A stretch of DNA of 63,686 bases, filler included, from Gonapodya sp. JEL0774 (GCA_027604505.1; 46 parts of 46 records of this genome joined end to end with filler, not necessarily neighbours in it), one strand, 5' to 3'; shown: positions 24,352 to 37,568, numbered from the whole stretch's first letter. A program made the numbers and translations. Notes: generated from the letters alone by a model not told the origin.

Positions 24352-24983
24352 CTATGAATCTATTTCCATCGAGTTCGATACCACCCCGCTCGAAAACTGA
24401 TTTGCATAAGGGATTTCTGTTGTCAGGGATCGATCAACGACGGATGAACTGGTTCGAACCAGGGACTGACCAGTACGATTCGCTCTCCATCCAACATACT
24501 CCCCTTCACTGTCGATAGACCACATAGTGAGTAGAAAGAGGGCAATTGCAGCGACTCCCAAAAATGCGTTGATGTAGTGACCTCGAATATAGAGTGGTGC
24601 GTCGTCGCTTTGATAGATAAATGATCCGATGGCGCCACCTTCAAAACAAGCACAAGACTCACACACTAGAACTGTACGGAAAACACGGTTGCAGGGACTC
24701 ACCAAAGTTTCCACATGCCACGGTGAACGCGGAACGAACTGCGGTTCGCGACGCTCCTTTTGCAGTGATAGCTCCCAAACCGATCAAGATAGGAATCACT
24801 GAAAAACAACAGGGGTCGTAAGGTGTCCTTTGGAAACAAGGAATTGGGAAGAAAGGAAATCCGGAGGAAAGATTCCTACTCACGTGCACTGTAAGGAGTC
24901 CCCAAGTACAAAAGCGCGTAATTTCCCCAGGGCGAGAGGTGTCCTTGTACGTTGGCAAGTAAGAAATATTGCAATATTGAAGG
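24352..24983 (-). CDS. MFS transporter (anion:cation symporter, Dal5/Tna1-like), 3' end
   Basis: RTAVRSAFTVACGNFG|GAIGSFIYQSDDAPLYIRGHYINAF. Confidence 0.85.
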
Positions 24984-25176
24984 NNNNNNNNNNNNNNNNN
25001 NNNNNNNNNNNNNNNNNNNNNNNNNNNTTAATTAATTAANNNNNNNNNNNNNNNNNNNNNNNNNNNNNNNNNNNNNNNNNNNNATGCATTTTTTTGTCAC
25101 TTGTGCGTACTAATGAGCTTCAGCGTCTCATCTTGTCTGTTGGATGGGGTGTTGTCTCTCTCGAATCGTGCAATAG

Positions 25177-26372
25177 GACATCAAACGGCGATTCAAAACA
25201 GTGGTGGATCTCGGAGGTGGTTGTGGTCATATAGTAAAGTTCTTGGACCAGGAGATTTGTGAGGAAGTGATACAGACGGACGTGTCCGGTGGGTGACGAC
25301 GCTTCAGTGCGGCCGAACTGCAAGCGTTGGCTCAACACCAGGTCCACTCTCGCTTTCAGAGAGAATGCTCAATCGGGACTCAGATAAAACCTACGAAGGT
25401 TTCTATGCTATCGTAATGAAGTATCGTTGCACGCCATTGACTGTGTGGTCCTACCAGTTGCTGTTCACCGTCGAGTCGCCGACGAGGAGAACCTTGACTT
25501 CGAGCCCGAATCTCTCGATGTCATTCTTTCAAGCCTCAGCCTGCATTGGATCAACGACTTGCCTGGTGCACTGATTCAGATCGCACGTGCACTGAAACCG
25601 GATGGCGTTTTGCTCGGGGCACTGTTTGGTGGGGATACGCTTTACGAGTTACGGTGAGTGCATGGCTTGCCTCTCGTTAGCACAATTATTGATCGACCTA
25701 TGCAGAACGTCACTTCAATTGGCGGAGCTTGAACGGGAAGGTGGACTGTCCCCTCATGTCTCACCAATGACAGGTTAGGTGACATTTGAAGAAAGTATTG
25801 CGTCCCACCACTCAGCAAGATTTGTCTGGTAGATGTCAGTGATGTGGCTAGTCTCCTTTCTCGAGCGGGCTTGACGCTCACAACGGGTGTGTGCCTGGGT
25901 GTTTTTTATTAGGTGCATCGGGGCATCTGACTGACACCCTCCGTTAGTCGACTCCGAGGATATTCGCGTTAAGTACCCGAGCATGTTCGAGCTTATGGAT
26001 GATTTGTCAGCTATGGGTGAGAATAATGCAGTACTGGCGAGGTAGGTCACAGTGTTGGACAAACTGGTGTAATTTGTTCGAGACCGAGTGGCGTTTCCCC
26101 ATCAGAAAAGCGTTCCTGCGGCGAGACACTTTGCTTGCAGCAGCTTCTATATATAAGGGTGTGTATAGGTATTTCGGGAACCTGTAAACTCCAAATCTAA
26201 CGTATGCCGCTCATTCTGTCGCCTCCCAGAGTTGTACGGCAATGAAGATGGATCGATCTCTGCCACCTTTCAAGTGATCTTTTTAGTGGGTTTACGTTTA
26301 TTCCCCCGCCGCACGAGGTGGAACTGAAATCTATGTCCTTTGTTCAAAGATTGGCTGGAAGCCCTCGTCCAC
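25177..26372 (+). CDS. NDUFAF5: Complex I assembly factor NDUFAF5 (SAM-dependent fold), fragment
   Basis: [102 protein letters not shown]. Confidence 0.96.
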
Positions 26373-26472
26373 NNNNNNNNNNNNNNNNNNNNNNNNNNNN
26401 NNNNNNNNNNNNNNNNTTAATTAATTAANNNNNNNNNNNNNNNNNNNNNNNNNNNNNNNNNNNNNNNNNNNN

Positions 26473-26608
26473 TGAATGGAAGAAGCGCCTGCTCCTCAAG
26501 GACTTCTGGCTGACGATTCTCTATCGGTGAGGTCTCTGATAAAGACCTCGCGGGGTCGGTTATGAGCGGTAGCCGTAATGGAATTTGGCGTAGTGTTGCG
26601 GTCGACAT
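26473..26608 (-). CDS. Possible 5' end of a hypothetical protein, divergent from the nucleoside hydrolase
   Basis: ATG in ACAATG context; frame open to the contig edge. Confidence 0.3.
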
Positions 26609-27241
26609 TGTGCGATCACAGGAATCCTCGGTCTAAGCTTGAGCGAGTGCAGATGGACGGAACTCTTCATATGGAAAGTCATTTTGTTCGTGTAATATGG
26701 CCCTATGTGGTGCAAATGAACGCAATCCAGACTCTGATTGCGTCATAAACGAGGAGTCCAATCGCAATAATCGCGCCTCCCGCCAGGGTTCAAGGGGTGT
26801 GCTTGTTCGATCCGCAGCGAACAATCATTACTGTAATACAGTAATACTTCAGACAAGAATAGCAAATGAATGCTGGTAGATATATCAGAAAATCTATGCT
26901 TTCCGGCAGTATCGCAGGACGTCACGTACTCCGTCTTCGATGAGCTGGCGCCGGGCGGGACACAACGGCTCATAACATAGAATCTCTTGTGCAATGTTCA
27001 GCAAAATTGCTTTTTTGGGCGAGCTTACTGAGAATCCCATGTCCATATGTCGGTCGGCGCCGCAAGCTACACGGTCTGATTGACCAAACGTACTGATCCT
27101 TCTTCACTCTCGGAGACTTCCGCCCGAAACAGCCTTCTTGCGTATCCACCCGGTCTATTCCCTTTTTGATAGTATCCTGCTGCAATCAAGTACATACCTG
27201 AACTCAACTAAGTACATAAAATTCTTCCAACCAGCGTCGCA

Positions 27242-27761
27242 ATGGCAGAGGGGATAGATAATGATCGGGTGAGTGTACTTTTGTCTTCACATTCAGTACT
27301 TCTTGCGCTTATGATGACCGATCTCAATATCGTTCATTCCCGCCATGATGTTCCATGATTCTGCTCTGCATGAAAGCCGGAGTGGATCATCGACACGGAC
27401 GCGGGAGTAGACGACGCGAGTACGGAAAATCTTATCTCCTGTGGATCCTGTGATATATGTCCCCTCTTATCAGACGTCGGCTTCCCTCTTCAGTCGCGAT
27501 ACTAGCAGCTTTGCACCCACCAACCTCTCTGTTACCAAATCCCCCTGTCATCCGTGCCATCACTTGCGTAGACGGAAACGTGACACTTCCTCAGGCCGTT
27601 GCAAATGCAAAAACACTTGTGGAGCTTTCACGCAGGCGCTGGGCCGAAATTGGTGGTACGGGGCTCCGGACCGATGTTGCGAATCCACTCCCAAAAGTAT
27701 ATGGAGGCTGCGATAGGCCAATTCTGGCGGGCATGCATAGCGATGAGCGCTGGGAAGGACA
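27242..27761 (+). CDS. Inosine-uridine-preferring nucleoside hydrolase, 5' part
   Basis: Spliced MAEGIDNDR|PEWIIDTDAGVDDA (DxDxGxDD motif), IRAITCVDGNV, VYGGCDRPI. Confidence 0.9.
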
Positions 27762-27861
27762 NNNNNNNNNNNNNNNNNNNNNNNNNNNNNNNNNNNNNNN
27801 NNNNNTTAATTAATTAANNNNNNNNNNNNNNNNNNNNNNNNNNNNNNNNNNNNNNNNNNNN

Positions 27862-28192
27862 CAACGTGGCAGTCATTGAACTTCTATTGGACAATGATGT
27901 AGTTTCGCAGAAAGATTATTGTGCAGGGCTTAACAAAGGGTGCCGAGGTCATTTTGAGGCCGTGAAGCTCCTGCTTAGACGTGGGGCCGACGCACGCGCA
28001 CCAGAGTGCGTCATGGCTCTCAAAGATGCGTGCGCTGGTGGCCATACTGAAATTGCTCGCATGCTTCTGGAGGCTGGCGTAGAGCGTCAGTCTGTTGTCG
28101 AGGCTTTGAAGGTCGTTCCGAGAAGCAATCCGACGCTCAGATCGCTATTGACGAATTCCTTAAATACAGTGGACTTGGCCATTGGTCTTTGA
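27862..28192 (+). CDS. Ankyrin-repeat protein, C-terminal end
   Basis: GCRGHFEAVKLLLRRGAD and ALKDACAGGHTEIARMLLEAG repeats. Confidence 0.88.
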
Positions 28193-28440
28193 TTTTACTT
28201 TCAAGGCATCCCCCCGGACGCGGGTTTGCATTGCTATATCGGAGCTTCCCAGGCTCAAGGTTTTCCGACACCTCGACCATTCAAATATTAATTATGTGCT
28301 CACTCGTACGGTTTTGTGTTGCATCTATGAAAATTGAACCATTTGTCTGTCCCAGTATACGTGACCACAGGGGGAATTTCGTGGTGTGTGTGCTGGCACA
28401 CCGCAAGTATTCCCTCTCCCACTGCCATCACCTTCCAGCC

Positions 28441-29126
28441 ATGTCAAAAGACGACGAGTACGACTACCTTTTCAAAAGTGAGCGTTTGCCTTCGCGTGGA
28501 CATCCGTTCCCCCTCTTGTGTTGGCTGCTTTGGGATCCGGCTTCCCTTCGATTCTGCGTCCTCGGGCCTCCTTTCTTTCTGCCGAATTCTCCTCCATCTC
28601 CTCGAACCTATGTTAGAAAACGAGAATGCAATCTGCATCTTTCTTTGGCGATACAGAATGGGCGTCTCCTTGCTGTCGCGCTGCCGCGTGGAAAGTGGCG
28701 CCCACGACAAAACGCATTTAGCTTCGCCCCACCAGTTTTGCGGACGCGACCATGGAATTGAAAAGCGGTTTCTGACATCAGTGGATCCCTTACAACTGCT
28801 CTCGTGCGGGCGATTTGGGCACTGGCGGTGCCGTGTGGTGGATGGGTTGTGGGATAGCGTACGGTGTTTGGCTCCACCCTGATGATGAAGGAGGACCAAC
28901 ACCGTACCGATTTTTGGTCGAATCCGACGTGAAATCATCTTGCGACTGGTGACTGGCAACCATTTTGGGTAGAACGCGAATCTCCGCTGTCGCATCTCAT
29001 CAGATTAGTCCCTCGGTTGAATTCTGACCTTAACTCTCATCTTTCCCCAATCCTTTCACAACCGTTGATTATCTGGCCACTTCACCACTACCCTCTTTCA
29101 AAAGTTGTTCTTATCGGAGACTCGGG
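28441..29126 (+). CDS. RAB11: Rab11/Ypt31 GTPase, first two exons
   Basis: MSKDDEYDYLFK|IVLIGDSG; intron 28478-29104. Confidence 0.9.
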
Positions 29127-29249
29127 TACGTTGCTCACACTCTCCCTTTNNNNNNNNNNNNNNNNNNNNNNNNNNNNNNNNNNNNNNNNNNNNTTAATTA
29201 ATTAANNNNNNNNNNNNNNNNNNNNNNNNNNNNNNNNNNNNNNNNNNNN

Positions 29250-30536
29250 CGTCCGGGCCACATTGATTCCGGCCATCTGACGGAGTACAACAGAGCTCCC
29301 ACAAGATAGCATGTCGCCATTGTGAGTAGGTATCCGATCGATCCACCGCGGAAGGCGTAATCCCACTTTTAAATAATTTGACACAAGAAGATGAGCATAA
29401 CAAAACAGGAACAAGAGCAAGAGAAGCATTCCAGCTCATACCCCGTAACCCACGACGACATGTAGAGATGGGACGACGCCCGCCAGACCCAAGACCACGA
29501 ACAGCGAGGCTCGGAACACTCGATAATTAGGAGTGCCAAAGCGTGGACTAAGAGTTACAAAGAGCTGTAACGGTGAAGGTGCAGTCAACATCCGGTGAGG
29601 AATGAACTCATCCCCCTTCTTCCCACCAACATCGGTACCCACCGCAACTGTACCCAAAACAACTTGGACTGCCATGTATATGTGCGCCGTTTGCGGATTG
29701 CAATAGAATGCATAATGGAGGGTGGGAGCGAAAGATCCAACTTGGGATCGGTACGAACGTGTCGGAAAGCAATATCCGAAGATAATTAAACTCGGCATCC
29801 AGGGACGAACCGATAAGAAGGACTATCCCAGCGTAGTCTAGCTTGTTGTAATACCGAGAAACCTTTGGTTGAAACCGCAATCGATGACAGATTCGTTGTA
29901 CTACACGATACAAACGAAACCCGCATACATGGACGTACCTTCTCGGAAGTGCAGCAAAGGGTATGGTATGTCGCACTTAGTCCCAAGCACGCGATTGCTC
30001 CTAACAGAAAAGGTGCAATCACGACAGCGTCTGGGGATGTCTCGGTTACAGTCACGGACAGCTCGAATATGTCAGGTAGGATGTATAGGTACGTTATCGG
30101 AGTAAGAACTAGTAGAAAAAAGAACGATCCTAGTAGGTGTGTCCATATGTTTCCAGTCTCGTTGTGGATTTGAAACGCGGTGCGGATTGCCAGTGGAATT
30201 GAGCTGGTTGGTCGACGATATCTATATTTGCGGAGATGTTTCAGTCAGCGAACAGGATTAGTCCATCACTTTGGAGTCACAACTCAAACAAAAAGAACAG
30301 GGCAATCTGGCAACAAGTATTCGTACGCTTCACACTACCACGGTCAGATGAGTTCATGCCTGTCCAGCTGGTACCGACTCTTGACTCCTATATTTCCATG
30401 ATACCGGTTATACCCACCCAGAGAGAATGTAGTAGTTGGCTTGCATCCACGGGGGTATATCGAAGAAATTGGTCGTCCGGTTCTCTTTGTCAGGAGGTGC
30501 CCAGAGTGGCGAGTAAGGATACAAAACTGGCCGAGA
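29250..30536 (-). CDS. PAQR/Izh (adiponectin receptor-like) membrane protein fragment
   Basis: IHNETGNIWTHLLG, LSATYHTLCCTSEKV, KLDYAGIVLLI, FRASLFVVLGLAGVVPSLH. Confidence 0.94.
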
Positions 30537-30849
30537 NNNNNNNNNNNNNNNNNNNNNNNNNNNNNNNNNNNNNNNNNNNNTTAATTAATTAANNNNNNNN
30601 NNNNNNNNNNNNNNNNNNNNNNNNNNNNNNNNNNNNATCCGAAAACGAACCGCCTGACGAGCTCATGGAGTCCAATCCCGCCGACAAGCCCTCCAAGGGT
30701 TTCATCACAATGCGCCTCCCGCTTTGATTATTTTCATGTCCAATCCTATTATCTCCAGGACTATGCTGCATCATTCCAACTGAGTGCAGACAACCCAACC
30801 GTCGAAATCTCCAACCCCCTCCTGCAGGCCACATGCCTCGATTGCTCAC

Positions 30850-31022
30850 CCTTGCATCTGCTTCAATCCAAAAGTCGTCGACTTCCTTGAGGGGGTATGC
30901 GTCCGAGCATACCTCGTCGCCGGAGATAACGTCACGGTAAATGATCTGAGAGGAAGGAGTCAGGACGCGTTGAGCGTTGCCCAGCGGAGGTGAGAACACT
31001 CTTCTTAAGGAAAGCGCACCAT
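30850..31022 (-). CDS. TMA19: Translationally controlled tumour protein, 5' exons
   Basis: ATG|intron|IIYRDVISGDEVCSDAYPLKEVDDFWIEADAR, the TCTP N-terminal signature. Confidence 0.9.
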
Positions 31023-31101
31023 TTTGAAGAACGATTTGGATGGAGTCGCTAGGGAGAGATGTTTTCGGTGAACAGCAAGGAAAAATACCCGCACAAGATC
31101 C

Positions 31102-31923
31102 ATGACACAAAAACGCAGGTCCCTCAATCCACAGAAACACCCACTCGATACTGTCCACCTAATGCCGCCGACGATCCCCAAGAACCTTCTACCAAGAATC
31201 ATCTTTGAAGACCAACATATCGCCGTGCTCTCGAAACCAGCAGGCCTACTCTCTCAGCCTGCATTCTCTGGGCAGCTCTCTTTGGTGGACGCTTGTCGGG
31301 AACTTTTCGGACGAAACTACATCGGAATCGTTCACAGATTGGATCGAAACGCTTCTGGGCTCTGTGTTGTTGCAAAAAGATCGAAAGCGGCGGGCAGGCT
31401 ATCAGAGCAGGTTAGAATTGGATCCGTGAAAAGGATTTACCATGCATGGGTGGTCGGGGACATGTTCGAGATCCTGAGGCAGACGGAAGGCACTCGAACC
31501 AACGCACTTGATGAACGAATGCCACTGAACCCCCCTGAATGGTGTTTGGATGACGGTGAATCAGGCTCAGTTCAGCGTGGAAGCATTCGTTGGACCCATC
31601 TCCTCTCAAAAGATCGCTCCACCAACCGCGTTACGGTTGTGGGATCTCCCCAAACTCACGTATCGCTAACCTCAGCAGAACGTGGTGAACGACCTAGAAC
31701 ACTGAAAACTGCATCTCTCCTCACAACACCATTGCGAATCTCCAGCTGGTCGGGGAACACCATTACGTTGGCGCAATTCCAGCTTGATACCGGTAGATCA
31801 CATCAAATACGTGTACAGTGTGCAGAGAAAGGATATCCCATTCTCGGTGACCGAAAGTACGGAGCTGCTGCTAAAGAGCAACGGGAGCAGTTTGGGAGAC
31901 TTGCGTTACATTCACATGTTCTC
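31102..31923 (+). CDS. RluA-family RNA pseudouridine synthase, 3'-truncated, no intron seen
   Basis: IIFEDQHIAVLSKPAGLLSQ, VHRLDRNASG (catalytic Asp), LDTGRSHQIRVQ, YPILGDRKYG, LALHS. Confidence 0.95.
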
Positions 31924-32042
31924 NNNNNNNNNNNNNNNNNNNNNNNNNNNNNNNNNNNNNNNNNNNNTTAATTAATTAANNNNNNNNNNNNNNNNNNNNN
32001 NNNNNNNNNNNNNNNNNNNNNNNGATGCAATACACTACTCAC

Positions 32043-33261
32043 CCGGATCAAACAGCACCAATCTATTCGCCCCGATCAGATTCAAACCACAGCCGCCCGC
32101 TTTACTACTCAACAGAAAAACGAAATCCTGCTTATTCTCCGCATCGTTGAGCTTCTCCACGAGTTTCCCTCTTTTAGTGACGGTCATGCTCCCGTCGAGG
32201 CGCAAACAGCTCCACCGCCGGAGGCGGCATAGGCGTTCGAAGAGGTCCAGGGTTTGCGTGTAGTTGCTGATCAGGACGATCTTGTCGTCGGTGGTTTTAC
32301 GGATCATGGTGAGCATGCGGTCGAGGAGTAGCTGCGTGGCGGAAGGAGGAAGACCATCAAAAACCATGAGCACCTGAGTTCGAAAGGGAAGCCATCGAAC
32401 CCTGCCAACCCACCATCTTCCCCGACAGTTCGGTCTGCACACCCTTCGGATCGAACCCCTCTGGCAACACCTCCGCCAAATCCTGTAAGTCCTTTTCTTC
32501 CAGGAGGGCAGGATGGTTGCAGATCTTCTTGAGCACCGTGATGGCCTTGAGAGGCTGAGTACCGGTGTTGGAACCGTCGAGGAGCTTTTTGACGGCTTTC
32601 GATGTGGCGTAGTGTTTGTAGAGGCGTAGTTGGGCGGGCGTGAGGCGGCAAAAGACCACGTGTTCGTATTTGATGGGTACTGTGGATTAAAACCGAAGTG
32701 AAGTGCTGCTCCCTAAAAGCCTCGTTCACGCCACTACAACCCACAATACTTTGTCAGCAACTCCGCCGTCCTCCTGATCATAAACTTGCTCGCAATTTCC
32801 AGTAGCTCCCTCAGTTTCGCCTCGCTCGCGTCTCGGTCCTTTTCCGACGCCATCGCGTCTCGACCCCGAAGGATGGGAAGCTCGAAATTCTTCCGGAACT
32901 CTTGAGGGGTACCGAGTAGGCTTGGGTTGGTGAAGTTGAGGAGGGAGAAATACTCTGGGGGTGGAGTTTGGGTTGTGATTGAGACAGTGTGAGGCCCTTG
33001 TGTTCCTTCTCGCCGCACGAGGTCTCACTCCTGCACCTCCACCATTCACTCCTTCAATACCAACTCACCCGTCAAGTCGTTTTGTATCGGCGTTCCGCTG
33101 AGAATCACCCTCCTCTGGGCCTTCAACCCGTTCAAAGCCACGTAAGTGGCCGACTCCATGTTCTTGAGCCGGTGCCCCTCGTCGCACAACATGAGGCCGA
33201 TCTCGGCTTTTTGGAGGACCGGTGTGTAGATGCGAAGGGACTCGTATGAGATGATGAGGAC
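32043..33261 (-). CDS. RAD54: DNA repair translocase Rad54, fragment
   Basis: [88 protein letters not shown]. Confidence 0.95.
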
Positions 33262-33410
33262 TTTTGGGAGGGGGGATGGTGGTGGGAAGGGGAGGCGGTT
33301 GGGTAGGATGNNNNNNNNNNNNNNNNNNNNNNNNNNNNNNNNNNNNNNNNNNNNTTAATTAATTAANNNNNNNNNNNNNNNNNNNNNNNNNNNNNNNNNN
33401 NNNNNNNNNN

Positions 33411-34696
33411 GCTGCGACCCATTCCTTCTCCACGAGGATCGCGAAGCCAGCCATCGTGCGATAGTAAGGATCAAGACAAAGCATAGCCAGCGAACAGAGC
33501 TGCGCAGTTCGGTCCCACCCATCGGAGCAGTGCACCAGGACATGAAGAGAATGGACGTGGAGGGAGGTGACGAGGGAGACGGCTCCCGTGAGGATGTGGC
33601 GAAGATGTTTCAGCCAAGACGTTCGGCGGAGATTGGGAGCAGGAGATGGAAGTCGAGCGTCATCTAATGCTGACCAATCAAAGGGTAGTGGTCGCCACGC
33701 GCACTGAGACAGGCGAGATTTGGAGTCCAAAACTCACCTTCCAACATCCTATGGTGGCTGTCCCTCATCACGTGAATGTTATCAATACCCAAAAACTCCA
33801 TTCTACACCGACCATAGTTCTCCGTATTCTCCATACCGGCTCCATTGAACACGCCCTGCGCCAGTGCGTTTACTGTGGGACGTGCGTCGACAATGAGGTG
33901 CACACGGTCCTGGGGCAAGTGGTGAGATCCGCTGGCAAAAATTGATTGGATTAGGCGCTCGTCTTGAGCGCTGCGGGCAGCGGTGATGCCCGCTAGAGGT
34001 TGAGCGGATCGGGTGAGTGAGATCTGAATCGAACACGACAACACAAATTGAATCCAGTACGATACCGTCCGTACTGTCGCAGACGATTTCTTACGTTGCC
34101 TTTTCGATGAAGGTATGATAGCGTCGGCAGTCTGCCCTTTGACCGGAAACGTGCCGCATAGGTGAGTACGGCATCCGACACACGTGAAGGTACTGCGAGC
34201 AAGCGCGGGTAGGTTGGGCATAGCTTTGGTACAAGTCGTTGTTATGAGGGCTTCCAGAGGGTCTCGACTTACATTCAAGCTCACCTGGTACTCTTCATTT
34301 ACCCTCGTGAGTCTCCATTCATTCGTCCGCGTGCCGACACCCATGCGGGCAAATTCGCGCTCTGGTTCATACGGATTCCATGGTAGTTCCATAGAGGGAG
34401 TAGTCACGCTGGTTGGTGGTTGGTAAGCGAAGGCGAAGAGTGATTCAATGGAAGCTGAAGCATTAGATGGGTATGTGGACATTAGAACATGGGGCCAACT
34501 AGAGGAGCTTCACGCAAGCCAGAAGCGCTCAGCCTGAGATAAGTTTTGATTCCGGTTTGCTCTCGCTCTTCCCCATTCGTTAGGCCTGATGTCAACTCAC
34601 AAATATTGATTAATCTGAGCAGGGTAACGTAGACGTCGACCATATCTTGCTCTTCCTCCACATAAGCGCGCACAAAGAGGAATGTTCGACAGATAA
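33411..34696 (-). CDS. Myotubularin-family phosphoinositide 3-phosphatase (Ymr1-like), fragment
   Basis: FRSKGRLPTLSY, LIVDARP, GIDNIHVMRDS, active site VLVHCSDGWDRTAQL, LVEKEW. Confidence 0.96.
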
Positions 34697-34796
34697 NNNN
34701 NNNNNNNNNNNNNNNNNNNNNNNNNNNNNNNNNNNNNNNNTTAATTAATTAANNNNNNNNNNNNNNNNNNNNNNNNNNNNNNNNNNNNNNNNNNNN

Positions 34797-35657
34797 CATT
34801 CGCGCGAGATCGTGCTTTTGGAGAACTTGTCTCCAAGTGGCTCCACTGGAATAGTTCTATTTCCACCCTTCCAGTCCGGACTGTCTGGTTCAGCGCATTC
34901 TGTGAGTGTTGTCTTCGAGGTAGCAAAATATTTGATGATCGCAGACTCCAAATCACCTTCAGTGTCGAACGTCATCCAGTCAATGGCGTTTGGAAATTCC
35001 ACGGCACTCTCGAGTGCTGCCTCTATCGCGACCGTTGGTCTGATGACGGCTGTAGGTTATAACCGTTGATGCGTTCCATTTGGCGGGTGTCTGATACGAC
35101 TTACATGGGACGTTTCATTCACTCGTGGAACAGTACATCATTCCGATTATATGCCGTCTAACGTTTGCTCGCAAGGTGTTCAAAAAAGGGGAGTTCCACC
35201 TTGGACCATTCTCGGAGGTCATAGGATGGATTGCTGTCATATGGGTGGCATTCCTATTCGTGCTTTTGTGTTTACCTTAGTGAGTTTCAGCCTTTGTTGT
35301 CGTATGTGCAGATATACTCCCATTCAAATCCATGTGATCGCTCAATCTGCCGCCTAGTTCATACCCCGTGACAGCATCAAATTTCAATTACGCATCGGCA
35401 ATGATTGGTGGGGTCACAGTCATCACCGTGAGTATGAGAGAGTTCTTGATGTCTGTGCTCGGAATTGGTGTGCTCTCTAACGCTAACAATTCATTCATTT
35501 GGGATTGTGATCACACACTGGCTCGCGGTTTTAGGCTATTGTGTGGGTATTCTCAGCGAGGAACTGGTTTCGAGGCCCAGTTCCCCTTGTAACGGAAGCT
35601 GAGGTATCCGCAATGGAACTCTATTTCTCTGCGAAGCACAAACCCACCAACCCGTGA
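34797..35657 (+). CDS. APC-family amino-acid/polyamine permease, 3' end
   Basis: FARDRA, PVRTVW, FKKGEFHLGPFS, PVTASNFNYAS, SARNWFRGP; stop 35655-35657. Confidence 0.9.
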
Positions 35658-37568
35658 TAGTGGAAATCGAGAATTCTGTTCTTGCAAATTTGTAAAATAA
35701 TTACTCGTTTACAAATCGTCTTGATGTAAGTTCCTGTGTACAGAAGCTCGTGAAGCTAGTAAAAGCATGCAGTATTTGGAATTTTGGTTGAAAAATGATA
35801 TTGCCTTCAAATTCTTTGCGTATTTTTTCTGCTTGTTGATGGAGTACGAAACACGAAAACAGCGAAACCGGCCTCCAATGCAGGGTACAACAAATGATTA
35901 TACTGTCACTCGAACTCAAGTCCGGTAGCCAGCAGGAGTGTACATTGAAACAAATTCTGCTTATTTTTATGACGGAAGTATCGGTATCTCAGTTGTTGAT
36001 CGAGATATCAGGAAAGCTTCCTGTTGCACTTCGCCACACAAGAATGTTGGCAGTTGGGTGCACGGGAACCTTGCCCTTAGTGNNNNNNNNNNNNNNNNNN
36101 NNNNNNNNNNNNNNNNNNNNNNNNNNTTAATTAATTAANNNNNNNNNNNNNNNNNNNNNNNNNNNNNNNNNNNNNNNNNNNNGGATTCTTGATCGGTTTG
36201 ATTGTCTTGCATCTCCGCAATCATTTGAGAATGCGAAGAAGTGGGCTGTGGAGTTTATCCGCATGGGCGGGAATAGTCGGGATGGGATGACAGTGGAACT
36301 TCAGAGGGTTTACTGTCGGTGGTAGATTTCAAGTAGGGGGACTTTTCGAACTAATGTGTGGTCTTACATCAATAGTACAGCAATTATGTGTATCACTTTA
36401 TTCCAAAAATGTTTAACATAAACTGTCTCCAAGCTCTTTCTGGACTGAGCTCTGTTAATGATTATTTGGTTTCATTTAGAAAGTGAATCGACGTTCTTCC
36501 TAGAGTGAAATCTTCTCCATACCCCGATGATGTCGTGTTGGCAGGTCGAGTATGCTTGGGGACGTCCCCAAAGCCGAGTTCTGTCAGCAAGAACCGAGTC
36601 AAGGTCAACGAAGCCTCCACGGGTTTTGGTTTTCCTTGTGGCTCGCGCGGACGGCGGATGTGAACAAGAGAAAAGGTGAAGCAGCAAGGGAGGATCCCCG
36701 AACTGGGTGGTATGGGCGCGCTTGCCGTTTTCGGCCACTCACAAAAGCACAATACAATATCCACCCCTCCACCACCCACGTACCGATCACGCCGGCGAGC
36801 ATGGAATAAAAAGCTACAGGGACAAACACCACCGCCCGGGCCGTATAGACTGAAATGGGCCGAGCCCGGGGTACATATCCAGCGAGGGGTGTGTGGTTGG
36901 TGCCGATTCCCACGGTGGAGTTTCTGCTGTACTAGTACGATACCTGGCCCAGCCGACTGCGACTGCGACTCCCGACTCACCGACTCATTGACAAGCGACC
37001 AGTCCCCGACGCTGTAGGAAGCGGATCTCAAGTTCTCACGGGCGGAAGTGGGACGGAAGTTTTTTTGGTGAATATCAGGGACACGGCGTACGCGTACGTT
37101 CGCTTGGGTCCGGACCCGCCCAGCGTGAGGACCGAGAATCGTATAATCCACGCGTGGCATACAAGTGAGAAGAAAATGGGGTGAGTATCAGGACAGCAGA
37201 AGTGGGGTTTCTTCGTGTTGGACAGGCGTTGAAGGTTTGTTCATGTGGATCGCCGATCGTGCCTATCTGTACAATATGAGCTCTCTCCGTCAATCAATTT
37301 TGGACACAGTCGATGGACACTCGCATATTCGCAGTTTACATTCAGAGTACATGAATGACGGAACGCATTTCCGGTACAGGCACAAAAAATTGTGTGTGCA
37401 GGGATCAGAGTGGGCGCAGTTTTCAGGGCGGGGGCGACGCATCGAAAACGCGCCCAACAAAGAGGAAGNNNNNNNNNNNNNNNNNNNNNNNNNNNNNNNN
37501 NNNNNNNNNNNNTTAATTAATTAANNNNNNNNNNNNNNNNNNNNNNNNNNNNNNNNNNNNNNNNNNNN

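Noticed and set aside
28879..28940. Hammerhead ribozyme (CTGATGA...GAAA) in the RAB11 intron
   Set aside because: Stem II and flanking stems cannot be formed around the core motifs.
36185..36325. SFENAKKW / SRDGMTV fragment suggesting a small GTPase or PP2C C-terminus
   Set aside because: Too short and ambiguous between families.
36462..37160. 232-aa minus-strand ORF
   Set aside because: No recognisable motifs and no consistent exon model.
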